Shown one piece after another: positions 46,299-51,673 of a DNA stretch of 51,673 nt (position 1 is the stretch's first letter; each line of letters begins with the position of its first letter). The stretch is from NCBI GenBank assembly GCA_043804035.1, contig JAZDJJ010000097.1, positions 1 to 51,673 on the forward strand, written 5' to 3'. The position numbers and the translations under genes were made by a program. The notes under the pieces are model-generated. The model did no database searches and was not told the DNA's origin. It saw nothing but the letters and a program-made list of their open reading frames with translations. Source of the DNA: Bacteroidota bacterium (lineage in GTDB: Bacteria; Bacteroidota; Bacteroidia; Palsa-948).

Positions 46299-46589
46299 AG
46301 GATGTCGCCTTTTTTAATTTTTGAGGTGATGTATGCTGTTATTATAAATCCGTGTCCGTTTAAATGCCGTGCTGCCACACATAAAAAATTCGACTTGTAT
46401 TTTGAGTAATAAAGATAAACATTTCTATCCGAACCGCTTCTTTTTATTTCAATCGGGATGGTAAGCGTTTATTTGATTTTCATTTTCCAATCCGCTTACT
46501 TCGGGATGTTTTATTTCGCTGATATGTTTCCAATGCTCTTTTGAAATGCTGATTTTCTTTTTTACTTTGCTTTCTATTTGAAACAGCAT
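46286..46589 (-). pseudogene. Frameshifted toxin-like small gene upstream of DUF2283
   Basis: Two same-strand ORF pieces are offset by one frame. The first is 46449-46589 (MLFQIESKVKKKISISKEHWKHISEIKHPEVSGLENENQINAYHPD*). The second is ~46286-46462 (TLTIPIEIKRSGSDRNVYLYYSKYKSNFLCVAARHLNGHGFIITAYITSKIKKGDILWKQ*). The second piece overlaps the DUF2283 ATG by 13 nt, a typical toxin-antitoxin coupling. Confidence 0.45.
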
Positions 46590-46860
46590 ATCTATAAATA
46601 TTTATTTGAGTGCCTCTGATTTTGAGAAGCAAAGGTAAAATTATTTTTGAATGATTAGTTTTTTGTTGCGATGCCTTGCTCTGTTTTTATATGGACAAAA
46701 TAAATTCCATATATTTCTTGCGTAAGTCCTACTTTCATAAAAACAAAGCAGGTTTCGTCTTGTATGAAAGCGGGATGCTTTTGAAAACTTCATAGCATCC
46801 ACATTATTTTATCATAGAAATTTATACTTTTACCCACAGGAAACCGAATAAACCCATATC

Positions 46861-48753
46861 TTGAAAAAAGTTTTTTCTATATTCATCTTCTCTTCATTCT
46901 TTATTTCTGCTTTTTCTCAAAATGCGGATTCGTTAAAGCAATCTTCTTCAAAGTATTTTCTGAAAATGTCTAATGAACTTCTTGATAACTCTTCGTTAAA
47001 CACTTACATTAAACAAGATACTTCCATAAAAAGAATTATCAATTATTTCCCGGAAAACTTTCCTTACAGCATTTCGCTTTCTAACAGGAAAATGTTTTTC
47101 AATTCGCCTTTTCGTATTGGATTCAACAGCGGATACGACTATCTTGATTTGTTTGGATATAATAAAGATGCTATTCTTTACTATGATACAAGAATTCCTT
47201 ACACAGAACTTTTTGTTTTGTTTGGTTCAAAGAAAGAACAATTCTTTCGTTTGTTGCATACACAAAACATTCGGAAGAACTGGAATGTGGCAGTAAGTAT
47301 GCTCAGGTTACGAAGCGAAGGATTTTATCAAAGGCAGAATTGCACTGACAATAATTTATCCATTTCCACAAATTATCGTTCAAAAAACAAACGATATGCC
47401 TTGCTGTCTGATATTTATTTCAGTGGAATAAAAACGGATGAGAACGGAGGGATTACAAATGATACTGCTTTTGAAAGCACACCATTCATAAATAAAAAAA
47501 CAATACAAATTGCTCTTGCAGATGCCCGAAGTCGCAGGGGAACGCAGGGATTTTATCTGAATCAGTTTTGGTATTTTGGAAAGCAAAAGCACTCATCGCC
47601 CACTTCTCTCCATAACACAGAAAAAGATACAACATCTCTTTCGGATACTGTCGCACAAAAAAGTAAAACCTTTGACAAAAAAAGTTTTCTTTCTTATTCT
47701 TTCAATATAAATGATAGTTGGTTTGTGTATGATGACAAGGATACTGCTTCGGGTTTTTACAAAAATATATTCTTTGATTCTACAAAGACATTGGATTCGT
47801 CTAATGTGCGGAATGTAGAGAACAAAATTTCATTTAACAAAGGCATTTGTAATTTATCTGCCGAACATCAAACTATTTTCTTCAAACAAAACACATCAGA
47901 TACCTCATTCTATAATTATATTTTGTCTCTAAAAGTTTTTCCTCTCAGATATGCTCCTGATATTTATGGCAACTATATTATTTATGGGCATCAAAGAGGT
48001 GATTATGATTTAAATATCAATCTATCCATAGACAAATTCTTTCCGAAAAAGCCAAACTTCCCGATGCTCCCGCTTTATTATACAATAAAAAAAATTACTG
48101 CTCCTGAAATTTTTTCGTCTTACTCTTCAAATAATTTCAAATGGAAAAAAGATTTTGAAAAAGTTTTTCTGCAAACGGCAGGATTAAGATTTTATCAGGG
48201 CGGAAATAATTATTCTGAAAAGAACTTTCATTTTGATTTTTGTTTTTCCTTGATTTCCAACTACATTTTTCTGGATACAAACATTCTTCCGAAACAATTT
48301 CTCGGCAACATACAAATCATTACGGCATCGGCAGAAAAAACTTTTCGTCTGAAGAAATTTAGTTTCTATAATAAGATAACTTATCAAAGCGTTTCAGAAA
48401 ACATTTTGCGATTACCTGAGTTTTCTACAAAGCATTCTTTTTATTTTGACGACAAATGGTTCAATAAAATGATGAACGTTCAATTAGGATTTAATATTTC
48501 TTTTTACACTTCCTATTTTGCCGATGCTTATATGCCGGCGCTCGGGCAATATTACTTGCAGAACGAAAAAAAGATTGGCAGTTATCCTTTCATTGACTTC
48601 TTTCTCAATATGAAAATCAAGCATGCGAATATTTTCTTCAAGATAGAACATATTAACTCGGGCATTTACGGTGAGAATTATTATTTTACTCCGCATTATC
48701 CCGCTCCCGACAGAAGTTTTAAGGTCGGAATAAAATGGTTGTTCTTTGAATAA
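46861..48753 (+). CDS. Large outer-membrane beta-barrel protein (putative porin family)
   Basis: 630 aa with a TTG start and a signal peptide (FIFSSFFISAFSQ). It has alternating beta-strand-like segments rich in Y/F/N/S and the C-terminal strand FKVGIKWLFFE. Confidence 0.6.
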   Translation: MKKVFSIFIFSSFFISAFSQNADSLKQSSSKYFLKMSNELLDNSSLNTYIKQDTSIKRIINYFPENFPYSISLSNRKMFFNSPFRIGFNSGYDYLDLFGYNKDAILYYDTRIPYTELFVLFGSKKEQFFRLLHTQNIRKNWNVAVSMLRLRSEGFYQRQNCTDNNLSISTNYRSKNKRYALLSDIYFSGIKTDENGGITNDTAFESTPFINKKTIQIALADARSRRGTQGFYLNQFWYFGKQKHSSPTSLHNTEKDTTSLSDTVAQKSKTFDKKSFLSYSFNINDSWFVYDDKDTASGFYKNIFFDSTKTLDSSNVRNVENKISFNKGICNLSAEHQTIFFKQNTSDTSFYNYILSLKVFPLRYAPDIYGNYIIYGHQRGDYDLNINLSIDKFFPKKPNFPMLPLYYTIKKITAPEIFSSYSSNNFKWKKDFEKVFLQTAGLRFYQGGNNYSEKNFHFDFCFSLISNYIFLDTNILPKQFLGNIQIITASAEKTFRLKKFSFYNKITYQSVSENILRLPEFSTKHSFYFDDKWFNKMMNVQLGFNISFYTSYFADAYMPALGQYYLQNEKKIGSYPFIDFFLNMKIKHANIFFKIEHINSGIYGENYYFTPHYPAPDRSFKVGIKWLFFE

Positions 48754-49291
48754 CTGATGTTACGCGGATATTTTTTAAAAACAGGGGGCACCCTATTCAT
48801 AACTCATTATAGTTCTTGCAAATTGCTCAAATTTTTGCAGATGTTTCGGCTATTTCGGCAAGATCAATAACCAGATCAATATGAGAAAGAAATTTTTGTA
48901 TCTGCGGTTCATCTACGAAATCAGTAAATAAATTAACTCCGCCATTTATGGCGGAGAAGAAACAAAATGATAACACGGGCTTCAGCCCTAAGAAGAAACA
49001 AAATGATAACATAGGCTTCAGCCCTAATAAAAAGCAATTAAGATTGTAGTGAGCTTGCCGAACTAAACGATTATACCAATTGAAAGTTATGGCTAAAGCC
49101 GTTAGATATTGGATTCCATTATCCTCCGTCATAAATGACGGAGTTAATAATTCTGTTTGTTCTTTAAGACGAAATCATTTTGCATTATCAAACTATCTGA
49201 ATATTGTGGCTTTGCGAAAAGCAAAATAAGAATTACAAAAGTTATTAACACCCGATTTTAAAAAAGTGGCTTAATGTCTGCGTAACATCAG
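48754..49291. repeat. 538-bp non-coding element bounded by 14/15 inverted repeats
   Basis: CTGATGTTACGCGGA (48754-48768) pairs with the reverse complement of TCTGCGTAACATCAG (49277-49291). Inside lie an inverted hairpin pair (48937-48956 and 49124-49143), a 36-bp tandem duplication and the word GTAGTGAGCTTGCCGAACTA, which is also present at 21650-21669. Confidence 0.7.
48955..49026. repeat. 36-bp tandem duplication (AGAAGAAACAAAATGATAACAYRGGCTTCAGCCCTA x2)
   Basis: Unit 1 is 48955-48990 and unit 2 is 48991-49026, with 2 mismatches. Each unit contains a GGGCTTCAGCCC-type hairpin. Confidence 0.9.
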
Positions 49292-49633
49292 TGAATAATA
49301 TATTTTTCCCCTTAAAAATATCAACACAACACACAAACCGATACAACTGTTGCCGACTTGCAATAATAATTTATCAATCACTTCCGGCAATGACAGAAAT
49401 TTTTTATCCGATGTCCCTGCCCGTTGAAAAATTTATCTTACCGGAAAAATATCTGCCGAAAAAAAAAATACTTGTTTGTATGAAAATAATATTTACATTT
49501 GGGAAAACTTTTGTAAAGAGTCATTAAATCAGTTACTAAATCCTTAACAAAAATTTATTTTTAACCCTTATCTTTCATAAAGTTCCAGTTGAACAAAAAA
49601 ACATTGTAAATCAGCAGAAAAAATCAAATACAA

Positions 49634-49855
49634 ATGACAACAGTACAATTTGAAAAAATATTCATAGAATATACAAGAGATATGCCAAAAGAGATGTTAA
49701 TGGAAGTCATTGACTTCATTCGGTTTTTAAGAGAAAAAAAATTGAATAAATTATCAAATAATTTAACTGAAGAACTTACAAAACTTAGTCATTCACAGAT
49801 TAAACACATTGAGAAAGAATTTACAAACTACAAACAACTATACCCGATTGAATAA
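49634..49855 (+). CDS. Antitoxin-like small protein of a VapBC-type pair
   Basis: 73 aa with a DUF2281-like N-terminus (MPKEMLMEVIDFIRFLREKK). It overlaps the PIN gene start by 8 nt. Confidence 0.6.
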   Translation: MTTVQFEKIFIEYTRDMPKEMLMEVIDFIRFLREKKLNKLSNNLTEELTKLSHSQIKHIEKEFTNYKQLYPIE

Positions 49856-50240
49856 ATACATTGCAGATACAATGGCAATTGTTCTTAGATTAGAACAAAG
49901 AAAAATGCCAAATAAGATACGGGAAAAATTTGAGCAAGCTGAAAAAGGACATACTGAAATACTGATTCCTTCAATAGTATTTGCAGAAATAGGTTACTTA
50001 TCTGAAAAGAAAAAAATAGATACAGATTTACAAGAAGTAAGAAAATATCTCAACACATATAAAACTATTAATGAATATCCCTTGACATTTGAGACAGTAA
50101 TAAAAGCATTTGACATTTCAGATATACCCGAACTTCATGATAGATTAATTGCGGCTTGTGGTAAAGAGTTAAACATTGAAATAATTACGAATGATCCTGA
50201 TATGGAAAGTTCCGGATATGTAAAAACTATATGGAAATAA
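49848..50240 (+). CDS. PIN domain toxin (VapC-like)
   Basis: The TTG start at 49848 keeps the first acidic residue (KYIADT). Other PIN acidic positions are AEIGYL, HDRLIAA and ITND. The first in-frame ATG (49872) would delete the first Asp. Confidence 0.7.
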   Translation: MNKYIADTMAIVLRLEQRKMPNKIREKFEQAEKGHTEILIPSIVFAEIGYLSEKKKIDTDLQEVRKYLNTYKTINEYPLTFETVIKAFDISDIPELHDRLIAACGKELNIEIITNDPDMESSGYVKTIWK

Positions 50241-50244
50241 TAAT

Positions 50245-50342
50245 AGGACTTACGCAAGAATACTTTTGGTCTCTCGCAAAGGCGCAAAGTTCGCCAAGAA
50301 ATACGAAAATACTTTGCGTTTATCAAATCTGCGAGAAATATA
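50245..50342. repeat. Second copy of the family B MITE (left 98 bp)
   Basis: 96/98 identical to 26458-26555. Its right end is replaced by family A and word-hairpin modules. Confidence 0.85.
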
Positions 50343-50343
50343 A

Positions 50344-50404
50344 GGGCGGTTCCAAAAATTAGTTTCGTCATTGAGCCTGCGAGGCACGAAGCAGGAAGCA
50401 ATCT
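50344..50404. repeat. Family A half-copy
   Basis: GGGCGGTTCCAAAAATTAGTTTCGTCATTGAGCCTGCGAGGCACGAAGCAGGAAGCAATCT. It closely matches the reverse complement of the right arm of the 10733-10865 copy. Confidence 0.75.
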
Positions 50405-50406
50405 TT

Positions 50407-50541
50407 AATTGACTATTGAGAATTGATTATTGATTATTTAACCATTGTTATATTGTTAAGTATTGCTTCATTGTTAACAATGCAACAATGCCTGCCTGCG
50501 CAGGCAGGCAACAATGCAACATAAGAATTGATTATTGACTT
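50407..50541. repeat. Word-plus-hairpin module (ATTGATTATTGA and CAATGCAACAATG words around GCCTGCCTGCGCAGGCAGGC)
   Basis: The hairpin lies at 50490-50509. A related hairpin CCCTGCCTGCGGCAGGCAGGCG lies at 245-266 and a weaker one at 415-438. Confidence 0.75.
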
Positions 50542-51571
50542 AGGACTTACGCAAAAACGAGTTTAGGATACTTTAATTGTTGAGTAAGATACTCTTTCCA
50601 TAAGTTGTGTTTTACTTGGTAAATAGTGTTAGTATTTTGATGCGCCACATTTGATAAAAACAACCAAACTAAAGCACAGCAAAGAATATGATTTCGCTGA
50701 CTTCTGTTGGTTCTGCATTGACATTTTTCAATACCTGTAAGTTGTTTTTCTTCTCTGTGCAATTGCTCAATTTTCCATCTCATGGAACTTTTTGTTAAAG
50801 TTTCATCAGCGGATACTTGAGATATATCATTGGTGATAATATATTCCGTTTGGTTTGTCACCGTTACTCGGAACAATTTTACTTTCATATGTTTGGATGT
50901 TTTCCATATTTTAATGGTCCCTCCGCATCGTAATTCTTCCTCTGTCCATACTAATTGATCTACTGCTTTATAAGGATTAGTTCCTTTGCTATCATCTACT
51001 TTTCGGTTGGTTTTAATTGGGCAATAAAATATCTTTTTCTCGTTCTCTAACCGAACCATTATCTGTGAAGTAGCATACCAAGTATCCATAAGCACAGTAG
51101 AATAAAGAACACCTCTTTCATTGGCCAATGACAGCATTTCATTGACATGGTCTAATTTTGTTTTACCATCTTTTGATTGGTCATATATTTTAAAGTCAAT
51201 CAACCAATAACGATCTATGGTTGGATTGTAATACAGCATATTCACTACTCCTATTCCTTTTATTATTCCGTGCACATTACCACTGTACTGTTTCTGCACA
51301 CCATCTATTTTATGGGAATAAGATTTATCCATTACACTATCGTCAATAATAATACAGCCGTCTTTGTTTTGAATCAATACAGGTTTTACTTTTTCCCATA
51401 CGAGCGAGGGAGTAAGATGCTGCTCTTTTAAAAAGCGTGTTACACTATCATGGCTCAGTCCATCATAATGATCCGATAAATTTGTTGCCGTGTAATTGTT
51501 ATTACTGCTCATAAGATATTGACAATACAGTTGTCTGCTTGTTTTCATAGAAGTTCGTTTTTAGTGAACCT
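50542..51571 (-). mobile_element. IS4/IS701-like insertion sequence (right boundary uncertain, 51571-51607)
   Basis: The left end AGGACTTACGCAAAAACGAG contains the transposase stop codon. The candidate right end TTCGTTTTTAGTGAACCT (51554-51571) is an imperfect inverted match (about 14/19). Confidence 0.6.
50547..51548 (-). CDS. DDE transposase, IS4/IS701-like
   Basis: 333 aa with the N-terminal YCQYLMSSNNNYTATNLSDHYDGLSHDSVTRFL, DDE candidates IIIDDSVMDK and VLMDTWYAT, and W.IEQLHREEKQ. Confidence 0.8.
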   Translation of the reverse strand: MKTSRQLYCQYLMSSNNNYTATNLSDHYDGLSHDSVTRFLKEQHLTPSLVWEKVKPVLIQNKDGCIIIDDSVMDKSYSHKIDGVQKQYSGNVHGIIKGIGVVNMLYYNPTIDRYWLIDFKIYDQSKDGKTKLDHVNEMLSLANERGVLYSTVLMDTWYATSQIMVRLENEKKIFYCPIKTNRKVDDSKGTNPYKAVDQLVWTEEELRCGGTIKIWKTSKHMKVKLFRVTVTNQTEYIITNDISQVSADETLTKSSMRWKIEQLHREEKQLTGIEKCQCRTNRSQRNHILCCALVWLFLSNVAHQNTNTIYQVKHNLWKEYLTQQLKYPKLVFA

Positions 51572-51673
51572 CTATAATAGTTCGTTTTTTCTATCACGCC
51601 ACAGTCCGAAAAAAAAGTTTTCAACAATCCATTGTTAAAAACTTTTTGGTGTGTATTCAAATTATATTTTTAC

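Noticed and set aside
48827-49132. 101-aa minus-strand ORF
   Set aside because: It reads straight through a 36-bp tandem duplication and hairpin repeats, which gives a duplicated LGLKP.LSFCFF peptide. It is an artefact of repeat DNA.
1-51673. tRNA, rRNA, tmRNA or RNase P genes
   Set aside because: I found no cloverleaf-like sequences, no GGTTCGAATCC-type T-arms and no rRNA-like conserved blocks by eye. Scanning by eye is imperfect, so tRNAscan-SE and Infernal should confirm this.

Overview
The window looks like AT-rich chromosomal DNA from a member of the Bacteroidota. It has many T9SS C-terminal sorting domains, a PorZ-like protein, and IPExxxVDY and GxxExxY family genes. All family calls come from motif recognition by eye; no searches were run. 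Housekeeping genes (tatD-like, ddl, rdgB, ispE, a serA-like dehydrogenase, HU, rnr, trpS, atpH) are interleaved with secreted or T9SS cargo proteins. Between about 26.9 and 40.9 kb, two restriction-modification islands flank rnr. The first is a Type III-like res/mod pair. The second is a single-polypeptide Type IIG-like nuclease-methyltransferase with a tightly coupled unknown 128-aa ORF. The most unusual signal is in the res/mod operon, which carries three unrelated small genes: a Bro-N/DinD-like gene, a GxxExxY gene and a four-helix-bundle (23S rRNA-IVS/Avd family) gene. The GxxExxY and four-helix-bundle genes sit on mini-cassettes bounded by inverted repeats. The four-helix-bundle cassette lies inside the mod ORF, on the same strand in another frame, yet the 1054-codon mod frame stays open. 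A cargo-less inverted pair with the same TAGTGG motif also lies in frame further upstream in mod. Most of the longer intergenic spacers carry modular MITE/REP-like repeats of several families. One family shares its terminus with the IS4/IS701-like insertion sequence at the window end. Other items are a DUF2283 antitoxin preceded by a frameshifted toxin-like gene, a VapBC-like pair, an orphan SPPF methyltransferase next to an isolated atpH, and a secreted WD40-caspase protein. I saw no rRNA, tRNA or CRISPR array.
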